The position numbers and the translations under genes were made by a program. Positions 1 to 12,900 of a stretch of 64,000 nt of DNA are shown here, one piece after another. Each line of letters begins with the position of its first letter. Within the stretch, counting starts at the first letter, position 1. Source of the DNA: Phoronis australis (taxonomy: Eukaryota; Animalia; Phoronida); the NCBI GenBank assembly GCA_002633005.1, contig NMRA01000466.1, positions 286,633 through 350,632 of the forward strand, in the 5' to 3' direction. Under the pieces are notes generated by a model. That model worked only from the letters and a program-made list of their open reading frames with translations. It ran no database searches and was not told where the DNA came from.

Positions 1-683
1 TAGGACTACAGTTTTTCGTCACGTTCAAAATGCGTAGCGATATCTGATGCTGGTGCAAGCTACAACTTAGTTTGACTAGGAAAAAACCAATGAGGCGGCA
101 AGGTGAAAAATATGGAATTCTTACCACATTGTTGCTCAAAACGTGCTGTGACCAGGCGAAATGTGTGTTAACTGTGCGACAGGGCAGTGAGATGATAAAC
201 AGTACATTTTGTATATGGGGACACAAACTTGTTTATAAAATGCAGTCACATTCTCTGAATGTTTTGGGTCGCATTGTTTTGCGTGAGCGGGAATTTTTTA
301 AAGTGTATTCTTATATTACACACATGGATTGTAGGAAATTATTGCTTTTTGATTTTATTACATTCAGACCCCGTTCTAACGTCAATTAGTGGAAGGTATC
401 TTAAAATTCAAATTACGATTGCTTTGCTGAAAGTATCACATCGCCCTGATTGTGCAAAACTGAAAATCGAATTATGCCTCATTATAAAACTCGTCTGCTT
501 TGTAATTCCTTTACTAACAAGAACATCGAAGGATCAGCCACTCAAGTAAACGCTTCTCACTTTATTTGTGCTAACCACTTTCTTAAGTGCTGATTAAAAA
601 TTGACCAACATCTCTTTGCTTTGATAACGGAAGAAAGATAGCTTAAACTGTAAAGAAGATGGCAGGGAATGGAGGCAATAGTG

Positions 684-773
684 TGATATACCGTGCCCGT
701 ATTTTGAAAACCAGTTTGATGCCCGTTATTCAGTTGAGAAAACTGGTTCTCAAAATTCGGGCACTATATATCA
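684..773. repeat. Imperfect inverted repeat / small MITE remnant
   Basis: tgatataccgtgcccgtattttgaaaaccagttt ... aaactggttctcaaaattcgggcactatatatca. Confidence 0.6.
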
Positions 774-877
774 GATCATCATAGGGAAAGGGACTTACTT
801 AATTTTGTGAAAGTAATTTAGTCAGATGAACAAGGTAAAATGCAGTCATGATTGATTTTTTGTTTCCATCGTTTCAG

Positions 878-924
878 TCAATGCTTTGCAGGGGAGTTCA
901 CATGTGAATATAAGCCCGGATGTG
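878..924 (+). CDS. Small Cys-rich exon ([15 protein letters not shown]), resembles the C-terminal half of a VWC/VWC_out-type module
   Basis: Pyrimidine tract + tttcAG acceptor at 876-877, perfect GTAAGT donor at 925; ends in phase 1, compatible with the next EGF exon; C-x-x-G-x-x-x-C-x5-C spacing. Confidence 0.65.
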
Positions 925-3900
925 GTAAGTAATCTAATCATGATAATCTTTTTCGCTTGGAGACAAGTCACCAACACGTGCAAGTGCACTTGAACCGGCA
1001 AAGCGTACGGTGTACGTTTTAAATATTGAAATTAAGCTATGGGAGAAATCACTGTTTTCTAAATGACGGCTGAGACCGAATTTGAGCAACACATTCAGCA
1101 CTGTTGCAGATGACTAGCCCCGGTGAAACACCGTTAACCTTGTAATCTAATAAGTGCTATTCAAATACTCATGTCATTACCACCCCGGTTGTCTCCACCA
1201 AGTCTCACAGCTTCTTAACAATCATTCTTCTCGACAGATAGCGAAGTTTACCGAGATAATATGAGTTTTATCTGCCTCAATATTTGTCACTCTTCAGTGC
1301 AGTCTGACGTATTACCTTTTATCGAATATTATTCATTTTGTCGCGCAGCCCGACAACTAGCGTTCTATACTTAAGAATATTTTCAGAGTTAGTCCATTCT
1401 TCAAGTACAACTGGGAAATTCGTAATTTTGGGAAAATAAAGACTTCCATAACTTGTCTTTCCCTGTGCAACTGACGCTACAAAAATGGGACCTCGTTGCT
1501 ACTCTAAGGATAGGGCGATTGCCGGGGCGGTCTTGAATCATAACCTATGTATGGATCCACAGCGAAAACCGACAACCCACCTCGTCCGGGTTCAAATGAC
1601 TAGTGCATAGAGCAGTCGACTGTAGATTTATAGCTACGGAAGTCCGCTTCAAAAACTCCTTCATAGAAGTTTCTGCCTGGCAAGTGGAGGTACCCCATAC
1701 CGTGATCGCTGGATCTGGGAAATAGCTGAACACTTCACTGGAAGTGGACAGTGCAGTTATCAGGCTCGTTTAAGCAGCCACTGAGGCTGTTGACACTAAG
1801 TCTAAATATTCCCCACATACTAACGGTGGAGAAATTGGTAGTGAAATGATTCAATTGTGCAATAGGGTTGTGTCTTTCGTCTCTGACCACTGAGCCACAC
1901 TGTCTCCTCAAGTGTTCGTTTGTCAAGCTCAGAATCCCTGTTACCCACTCCATATTACACCATCGAGACTCGGTTCATGTACCCTTGATTAGACCAAGTT
2001 TGATTGCAAGAAGCCTAGTCTTAATGGTCCCGTCTCGAACAGGTCATAGTGCCACTTGATGTGTCCATGGAATATTAACACGATGTTTAAGGACTCCTAG
2101 TTGTCACGTTTCAGAGAAAGTTGTCTCCAATAAGGATGAGTAGTGCTCTTCCTTAAGGACTGCAACGATAACATGGACATGAGACAGGTTAACGTGGTGT
2201 CGATGGGGGGCGATAGCGAAGTATCCCTCAAAGAGTTTCATTATCTCCCTGTTATTTGATCAATGGGCTTATAGCCGGTTCTCCGGTGGTGGGATTCCCG
2301 TGTGCTCCTCAGGGCTAAGAGTAAACGTGGTAAGAAGAGATGATGAAAGCTTTTGCTCGGCCTCCGAGAGGATGTCAACCTCAGATGTAAAATCTGTCAA
2401 TGGCAGTGGATGTAGGAGACAGACCAGCTAAGGTGCAGAATGTTCCTGAGATTGTTGAACCTGTATTGCCCATTTCCTTTAAAGACAATCTCTATTTTGT
2501 TCTCCTATCCTGAGTGATGTGGAGTCTAAACAAATGGTCAGTGGTACATACCTAGCATGACATGAATCATGATGTAAAGTTCTGACATATTAAACTGGAT
2601 GGGCTAACAACTCATCAGTGCTTCTTCAACAGACTCACGGGTACATGAAACCAATAAATTAACCGAGAACTCTATCATTCAGAGGTTTCTGAAGTGCTTT
2701 GCCTACTGAAAACAAAGACAATATGAGAAATTGTTCTGATGTTAACAGATTGTCAGACGAGCAGATTGTTAGCCAAATAACTAACAGTACTTCGTGGCAA
2801 GAGCCATAAATCTCAGAGACTCACACAAGAGATTATGTTCACCTGGATGTTCAAATGGTCAACCTGACCTTTAATGCTGAATAATAGTCATCGTCACTTT
2901 GTTTGTAGACAAGTCGATCTACGTGGGCGTCATATTACGCCATCAACTTTTCTGGACACCGCATATTGTGAAAACATTTTGAATCCAAATCTGCGCGAGA
3001 TATAGCCGTACGCTGTTGAAAAACAAAGCTACCGGTGGAGCACAAAATTCCAAAAATGAGGCACCAACTAGTGAAAGCAAGCGGCGTAAGCCAAATCAAC
3101 TTGACCTAATAATATGGTGATGCAATCACAAGAACTTACTCGGTTACACTGTAGTTGTTCATGTGCTCTGTGGTAGTCATTTTGCACAACATAACATTTT
3201 TTTAAGATGAGAAATCAACATTTCGTCTGCTATCTATTTGTTTTTGCCACCTTTCGGTTTTATTTGCAATGCTGTCTGATGCTTGGGTAACGTGTTCTGG
3301 TATTGTTTTGATTTAAATTATTAACTTCCATCTGTTTTATACCTCGACAAATTCATGGTTTTAGACTTTGATGAATGCGCTGAAGGAATGGATACCTGTC
3401 ACTCAAATGCCACCTGTAACAATACTCCGGGAAGTTTTGAGTGCACATGTAACAGCGGTTTCGATGGAGATGGGGTCAGCAACTGCACAGGTAAATTTGC
3501 ATATCAATACAATGGACTGGCTATCAACAAAAGTGATGTTTCGGTAAAAACTATGTTGCTAAGGAGAAAACTACAGCTGACGTTGATTTCAGGACTCGTC
3601 TGATAAATTTGGCGATCCCTTGTGGCTATTTATTATTTATTTGGGACCTTGTTTATGGGTCTTCTAAATGTGACAATGACTGCCCACGACTTTTTGGACG
3701 GCTTGGACTCCGCTTTGAACCCTAGTGGCAATTTTAGATTCTACGTTTGCATTTATATCTTTGGAGTCCCTTAATGGATTTTCATGAGTTTTAGCGAATC
3801 GTTTTGTAACAGAGAGATGACGCCCTCCTAATTTCGGGCGAATTCGACGTATTCTGCGGTATGTTCATGTGATGACATTATAAACACCGCTTGAAGCTCA

Positions 3901-6900
3901 TCGTTTGCAGTGCAATAATAGGTGCATTTCAGGGCTTTGCGTTACTCTTGTAATATTAGTCACAACACTATTGACTTCTGTTACTCCGTGACTTGTCTCA
4001 AGTGAAACGGTAATCTGCAGAGTAAAACTGCGTTTTAATTTGCGACAGAGCTTGAAAGCAACGTTAAGCAATTCCGGCATGATTTAAGAAATATTGAAAA
4101 CATGAATTCCGTTGCAACACTGCATATCTGCGTAAAAAGATGACAATGTAAACCCCGTCCTCTGCAAAACGTGACCACGCCTGTTGCGGGACTTCCTGTT
4201 CTTGATCTAAATAAATGTACTGTCAGTTGTAGGCAGTGACAGAGTGGGGCTGTTGTTTGTCTGTGTGGGCGTTTATAAAGTAAGCTTAGTGAAATATTAG
4301 CAAATCATGGAAGTGTGAAACGACAGGCTCCGGTTTTGAATTAGCTAATTCTGCTACAAGGTGAACCAGTTTCCCTACAATATATACTGTGATGGAGATC
4401 ATGGGATGTCACCATTGGCCTAACCCAACACACATCTGTCATAAATTGTCATAATTTCCACTCCATCCCCCTCGAGTGATGACGGAATATATGAATGCTT
4501 CCTAAGTCTGATGGATCTTTTCACGGTAAATAGACGTGAATGTATTGGATTTTTTTCGTGTCATACAACACATTGCAGTACACCATAGAAGGCCAGTGCC
4601 AATTTAAGAACAATTTGTCTCACCGAAATCTATGACGGAGTGTTCGTGAAACTAGCAAACGGAATTAAGGTTTAGATACATAACGATTTCTTCATATATG
4701 GCGCTTTTTGCGCTTATTTGGTTAGGCCGAAAAGTTATTTTGAAAATGTTTCAAAGAACCTACGTGAGGCGCTTTCATTTGTGCCAGAATAATGCCTGAA
4801 CATGAGACAGAATCTGAACGACTGTTTTCTCATATGGTCCGTCTTTTGTTGGTTTATTCTGGACTGCGACTAGCGCATGCTTTATTCAGGTTGATTCTGA
4901 ATGTCGGTTTTTTTAAAGACCGTGATATCAAAAAAATCCAAACCTTTCTGTTCTCGCTTCATGGAACATCGTTTCGTAAACATAACTTCACTGTTTGCTC
5001 AAACATATGTATTTTCAGTAAAAGCGATTTGTATCAGTTGATATTAACATGAACATTTCCGTCATTAAAGTTTTGAAAAAAAATTGGTTCTGTATTTGAC
5101 CTGTTTATCGCTTAATTAAGTTGCCGTCACAGCATGCTTATCGTCATGCAAGGCTCCCTTACGGTTGTCTAAGGAACTAACTATGTATGTGTAACCATTT
5201 AGTACCAGTTTGGTATGTTACGGCATTCTAACATTTTCATAGCTGTGAAAGCTACGGATCGCTCACACTGCACTTTGTTACTGGTCCAAGAATAACAAAA
5301 CACTGTTCGCATCGTTTAATTAACTAAAAATGGTAATACATCCTGATCAACAAGTATAACGCGATTACCACTCAGAGCAAGGGTGGCATAGATACATGTA
5401 CGTGCTGTATTCTTATGCATGTTTGAAGTGTAAAAGTTAACCATTGTCAACCTATGATTCTGCGTGCGTGCATTATTGACGATACCATAGAAATTAATTC
5501 ACTCTATCTTCATCACCATGCTAGTGAAGTGAACGTGATGCGTTAAAAGTATGCGTACGCGAGCGTCACCAACTGTAGGAGGCTACTGTCATCAACATTG
5601 AGACTTCAAAACTCGCCACCATTTTTGAAGTAAACCAACTTACATCAATATAAGAAACAATTTCACAAAACCGCCATGTTCAACATATTAAAATGTGAAG
5701 AATCGGTGATGTTTACGTGGGGATAGCACAAGGTATCTTGTTTTCAGATATTAATGAGTGTGAAAGTGGCCAAAACACGTGTCATTCCAACGCTACATGT
5801 TCTAACACCGTCGGCGGCTTCAACTGTAATTGTAAAGCAGGTTTCTTTGGAAACGGAGTGAATTGTTACGGTACAGTATTTCCGTAGCATTATGTATGTT
5901 AAAGGATAACAAGTAGACTGCATATGTGCTCATTTTTCATCGAAAAAGATGTGGAATTATTACTCTCTTGGGGATATGGCAAAATCTTAAGATCAATCGA
6001 TGATGTTAGATTTGTTAAATAACGATGGATGAGATTGGAAATAACAGTCAATGATCCTTCTGATTGATGTATTTGAATGACAATACGACGCATTTTGGTG
6101 AGTTTTCCCGCAACTGCTTCCATCACATTACATTTGGTAATTGCCACTCCCCTGAAAACATAAAAACAATGTTGAACTCAAACACAGTGGTCACTATGCC
6201 TCAAAGTGGAATCGGTCTTGTAAGCTTCAAGGGCAATGACAGGCTGTATTATCATAGGAGTGTGTTGATCATATTACATGTCACACGGCGTTAGTTTCAG
6301 TGTCTAAGTTAGTCTAGTGGTTCAGACAAGTCTAGACTATTTAATGTCACCAAATTAAATTCTGAAAAAGGTATATGACAAAGATGTTAATAAGACCGAG
6401 CAATTCTGACCTTAAAAAGAATATTTCGTTGTGCGTGGTCTGCGTTATACAGCCTTAAAAAGGTTTTTCCGACTCGTAGATTGCCCTACATGTATATCAA
6501 TTTTCAGAAAGAGGTCAGTGAGAATAATCAATTGCGTACGAGTGTATACGTGTTCTAGAGTATCCTCAAAGTTGATATCAATTTCATTTGAAACCTATTT
6601 TCAGACATTCACGAGTGCAATAATGGTAGCCACAATTGCCACCGTAATGCTACCTGTGAGAATGATATCGGCACATTCTTTTGTACTTGCGTTGAAGGTT
6701 ACACAGGAAACGGTGTCAACTGCACTGGTAAGGCGACCACCGAAGTCGATAAGAGATGCACCTTACTTCAATTTCCCGTAACACCGTCCAGGGACAGTAT
6801 TTGTTAACATGTGTCTGAAGAAGTTTTTGGCAAGCTATTACTGAGTGGCTGTCATGGAATGTTGTTTTTTGTGTGTTTGTTTTGACGTTGTTATCTGTAT

Positions 6901-9900
6901 GTCTGTGTAAGTACTCTGTAAGCAGAAATCATCAAGCAGTGGTTCCGTATGCTCATAACATTTGTTATTGTGTTAACGATTTTATTTTTAACATCACTTG
7001 TTGGATAATCAACCCCATTATATCTGTCGTAATTTCTTAATAACACGGCCTTTCTGCTGCGCAGTGCAATGTAGAGGTGGACGCATGAATTGTGTTGTGC
7101 TCATATGTATGAATAATTATTATCGATTATAAATTAATGTGGAAATGCCTTTATCACTGAAAACTTTGTTCTGATTTGCCTCAAAATTGTAACAGGTGTA
7201 CATGTAGGTATACGTTATGACGTAGATCTCCTTTTTATCCATGATTTCTGGATTCATTCCGTTTCTTTGATAGACAATGAGTACATTTCTCGTAATGGCG
7301 GAAGAGTCAGTTATATTATTTTTATTTACTAATTTTGCCACTGTGTCCAAACGAAATTGATATTAATTAATTTTAGTACAGAAGAGCTACAATTTCAAGT
7401 AAGTTTAAGACCACTTTGAAAATTACTATCGACTTCAGTCATGCAATTAATTTAAGCAAAATAGTGGTGTAAAATAAGAACCTTGTACGTGTGAAATACT
7501 TTGTTGCAATCTTTACGGAAGTCTGTGAAAATTTCAACATTCTTTCTGTTCTGTTCTGTTTGTCTGCGGCGTTCTTACTGACTCGTTTTCTACTGTAAAT
7601 TATTGATAATTTCAGATATCGACGAGTGTTCCATCGACAGTACATGTTCTGCTAACGCCATATGTAGTAACAGTGACGGCAGATTTACTTGTACCTGTTT
7701 AAGTGGTTACTCAGAAAACGGGACAAGTTGTGACGGTGAGAGTTCTTTTGGAAATGATAATATGAAATTGTGATGTTGTTTGAGGCTTAGGTTTCGTAGT
7801 AAATTGATTTTTTTGAAAACAAACGAGACAAATTTGGAAAGACGTCAGCTACACACTGGCCAGCTTGCAGAAGCATGTTGTAAGTGTTATTTAGAGATTT
7901 TAAGTCGCATAGTAAGTGTTTTGTCTAAATTTGTAGGTAATTATTGGGGACAAATAAAACAACAAGAAGAATGTATATTTTAAGTTGTATTGGGAATTTC
8001 AGGGTCACAGCTCTACAAATAAATATTTCACAGAAGGAACCAGATGGGTTCCTTAATTACAAGAGATAACACACACATTTCCGATACCCTAAATACAATT
8101 TGAGTATCGGATGCTAAGTGGCACAGGTTAGCATAGTACCAAATGGGTACATATTACCAAATGGGTATTGGCCGATTGCCTACCAACTGGGTCGAGCAAA
8201 ATGGCAAATTCAATAACAAGTACCAAGTGGGTACAAACTGCCAAATGGGCAAATATCATATAAAGTACCAAGTGGGTACACTAAACAGCCAACTGGGCTA
8301 TAACAACCTGCAAAGCAGGGTTCCAGACAAGCTGAGTGAGCAGACCAGCCGGAGTGATAAAAACAGATATTGTAAGGAACGTTGTGTTGAGGCTCAGTAT
8401 GTGCCACATGGGCAGGGTTGTTTATGGATGAACAATCCTGTCCACCGCCACAACCCGCGTGGGGGCCGTGACCCTGGTAGAGGAGTGGCAGGGGTTGGGG
8501 AAAAAAGGTAGTCGGAAGAATGAGAAAGGGACCGATGCCATTCCCGGATTTGCCTCCATAATCATTGAAGCTCATCCCCCCCTTCCGGAGTGCAGGGACG
8601 GCGTTCGACTTGGGGCACAGCCCACGAGGACAGTTTGGATATCTCACGCTGAGCAGTACCGCTCCCGCAGAGCTCGAAACCCAGCCACACCCTGGTTTAC
8701 GATAGAGCCGGAGTTGCGGTTGGTGTACATTACCGGCACCTCTACTGACACCATACCACACCCACTTACCAGACAATCCTATGCCTTTACTACAAGGGAA
8801 ATTGCATTACATAACAGTGCAGGCACAAACATACCTGGAGGACCTGCAGTGGTTCCCACCCGAGCATCGCATGATACAAGGCCACCCAACGCTCCCGACC
8901 GGGCCTTTCCCGGGTCCAAGTCGCCCCCAAAACCCATATCACACTCACTCGAATCGCAGCAAATCCTGGCGAAATTCAACCGGTTTAGGGCACACTTTAA
9001 TACCCAAGTTTAGTGCCCCCCCGAGTTACGAATCTAATGCACCGTGTAGGAGCTAGGGTAGCTCAGCTGAAGATAACTGACGTTCAGGTTCCTATGTGGT
9101 CATGTAGAGAGATTATGCGCAACTGTTGGTATTGCAGTGGCACGATTAACTTGCGAACCAGAAAAGGTGGGCGGTGTGACAATGGCTGATAGCATGTGCT
9201 GTTAGGGAAACTCGCTGCAAAATTGTACTCAGAAAATGGACATGTTTTCCGAAAACGAAAAGATTGTTAAAGTTATATTTTGGATGTTATTTTTTGTATT
9301 TATTAATTGTTTTTGGTTTTGTTTTGTTAAAGTTAGGAAAGAAGTGATGGTGCGGAATGGTAAAGCGCCATCAGCATGGTAGATGTGATTCCATGTTAAG
9401 TTTCATGAACAGATCTAAAATCAGTATTCAAAAAGTGCTTTTTATTTGATGCTGCTTTTGATATGAAAACCGACAGTTTGATAATAATCAGTAATTAAAA
9501 CGCTAAATTTCTATGACATGATATTGAAAAACAAGCCCGTTTAGACTAACGAACAACGGCGGTAGCATGGTTTCCATTTCGGGTGATTCCCATGGGCTGG
9601 TTTGGGGATACCATTTAGCAAATTTTCGAGCGTTTCATCCCCAGAACCAGAAAGTAAAACATCAACATGTAACCTGCAGGGGAAGGTTAATATCGAAACG
9701 AAGTATAGCATGGACAGATAAACCATTAACAGGCAGGCAAACTTGGATATAAATGTAGCGGGTAAAAATCAAAGTGGTGTGGCATGCGAGTTTCAAGCAC
9801 AATAAAAAGACACGAGGTTGGCAGTTTTGAAGTATTTTATTGAAAGTAAACCGTATTTTGTTACATATTAGGCCTGCTATGTAGTTACACAACTACTGTG

Positions 9901-12900
9901 GACCAAGCTATGTGCCACAGGAAGACCTTCATACGAAAGCTTGCATGTCTACTATATGGCTAAGGAAAATAAAATATCTAGAAAAACCCTACACAACACA
10001 ACCATACGAGAAGGCGGCAACAGGGTCTCAGGAATAATGATACCGCAAAAAGTCATATAAAATAGACAACACCAAGTACACAAATCAGAAAGTAACCAGG
10101 GCCCGGTCTCCAATCTCCGTACTCAGACTCATACTCATACTCGAGATTTCATACTCAAAATCGTGCTCACTGGAGTCGTACTCAAAAAAGCGTATCCAAT
10201 GTCGTATTTCGAGTAGACTCCAAACGTACTCAAATCTGACACTCATACTCGAGTTGCTATGGAACTCTTTATGATGTGAAATGCAAAATCACGCAAAGCC
10301 GCGCTGATTCATCGCNAAAACTGAGTATGTGCTCGAAATTTCGAGTACAGATTTTTCGAGTATGACATTGAATACACCAAAGCTGAGTCTGTACTCGAGT
10401 TGAGTATGAAGTGTGAGTTTGAGCATGATTCGAGTCTGAGTACGGAGATTGGAGACCGGGCCCAGGTCTACAAAATATGTTTGCCAGTAAAAAGGCCTAG
10501 CACCGTATCAATGTGTTCAACGAATAACTAGAGCTAAGCAAAAGGACAAATAACATTTGTGCCGGCGATGTGAGGAAAAGATGGGCACATCTACATGTAG
10601 TCAGTAAATGCAATTGAGCCTAGGGTTCAGGCGTCGTGAAAGTTTAGTCTAGACAGTTCCATTGGTGGCACGAGGTCATCAGCACTATGCAACAAGTTAT
10701 TATGTATCGACATGAGAGTGAAACCACAAGCTGGCCCATCACCATGAACTCTGGTTCAATGAGCACTCCAACTAAGTTGGGGGTAGTGGAATCCCAGTGT
10801 GCTTCGGTGACGAAATTTTAGGAGGTAGGTTAGGCACTTTTGGGTGGAATATAGGTAAACAAAATAAAAATTTACAAGATTTGGAAATCGTAAATTAAAA
10901 ATCTGTGTTAAAATAAGTGAGACACTACTGGTAAGCTGAGATGAGTTATACGCCTAAACGGGCAGAAGTATCCCACTAGTGTAACTGTGCCGCGCTTTCG
11001 AAAACTTGGCGCAGTTACATGGATACTGTTTACTAGTAGCCCGGGTGTAGTGGCTCCCGGGTTGCAGATGAAAATGACCCTACTTAACCGGCTAACGACA
11101 ACTGTTAGAGTGACTGGCTTATACATAAGCACACCAACATGAACAAGGAATATACGAAAATAGTAAAATAAAGAAAAACAGCTGATGCCATGGGCTCGCT
11201 GTGTAGGCACTCGACCGCGGATTTCGTACTCGGATAGACTAAACAATTTTATATATCTGAGTTTCGTACGACGAAGCTATGCTCGCCTGAGAAGTAGACA
11301 AATTAGCAAGCACGTGTGACGTGATCTCGTCGATCTCTACGTCCGTCTATCTGCCGCTACGGTAGCCGTCTAATCGAAAATCGTCATGATAGGGAATGCC
11401 CGACCACGAAGCGGAACGAAAAAAAAGTTGACGCATTGCCGCGGTTGGAATAGGTTAAAAATTATTCCAAGAGAACGAAATGTGAAGCATTAGGCGAGAC
11501 CAATTGCCACGAATCTTTTCAGAAGTTAAACATGTTTTGCTATCATTAGTTTATTATTATTATTATTATTATTATTAGGTATTATTATTTCTTTGGATTT
11601 TTTTTCAAGGATTATTTATTCAGTTTCAGCAATGATTCAGTGTGCGTTTCATTTTTTCTTATTTTATATGTTTATTTTGTAATTTTTTGATGTTTTTGAT
11701 TTTGTTTTCATTTTTTTATTCAAAGTATTTTGTTCTTTTTGAACGGTAGGAACTATGCGAGTCAAAAGCGAAGATAAACATTCGTACACGCGAGGGGCCA
11801 GAGGCGAAGTACTTGAAAAGGCCTCAACAAACAAGATATTCAAAGTGTAAGGAACGGTATTTCCGCACTTTTTTTAGAGAAGTCGAATAAAATATAGACG
11901 TGGGAGGCGAGGTTTTTTATATTTATTATTTTTTATTATTATTTTTTTTAATCTGATAAACCCACCGAAATGGTTGTGTGCTATATCAGGACACTTCAGT
12001 GTGAGACGAAGCGCTTTCGAGCTTCACCACACCAGTCTCCGCCGCGACATGCGATAGATTCCCTTCTAGGTCTCAACCATTGTAAATCCCATATGTTACA
12101 TCGATATTACCTCCTGTCCTGTTGGAATAGTACCTAGTAGTCTAGTGTTATGTAATTCCAGTATCAACCATGCACCCAAATTATCAGTACGTCTGGACCC
12201 TAGGTCACACAAATGTCAAACCGCTGGCACTCAAACGCATTCTACATGAGCACCCAGACCCCAACTGTGCTGCACTCTTTGTTCAAGGCTTAAAATAGTT
12301 TTAGGTTACAATACACGGGCACGAGAAACCGCACCACAGCAAGAAACCTAAATATGTAACTCGGACAAACTCATAAAAGAATGGTAGGCCCTGTCCTACC
12401 CACCCCATTGATAACCATTGTATCTCGCCGCAGGGTCTCCCACCCCACGTAGACGGGGGATTGCCGCAAGATATCCCACTTATACCCAGTGTTGTGTATC
12501 TTACTTTGTCAAATAAAGTAGACACTCCATTAACTACGCAGTGAAACGAACAGAATTGAACTGATTTATTCTACATATCACAACAATATATATATACACA
12601 CAACTACATAACAACATATGATGCGTTACCTATGACACACTTCCTATACCAGGAATCGCATGACATAATACCAATTAAACTACTGAACTCATAAACAATA
12701 TAACAACCTACAAACATCCAGTTACTATGTGACTAAGTACACAATACTCAGGGAAGTGGTTGTTTGGAGCCAGGGTCATGAACGGAGGCGCCGCTGCGTA
12801 TTGGCGAGGGATTGGTTTGGCGGTGTTTGAGGGATATTAGAATCGAAAGAAATCGGCCGTTAGGAAAGCCATCTGTGGCTAAAAGTAATAAATACGGAAA

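Noticed and set aside
8143-9056. Overlapping 184-aa and 188-aa ORFs as genes
   Set aside because: They lie in a GC-richer inserted element, are open on both strands, and show no recognisable motif
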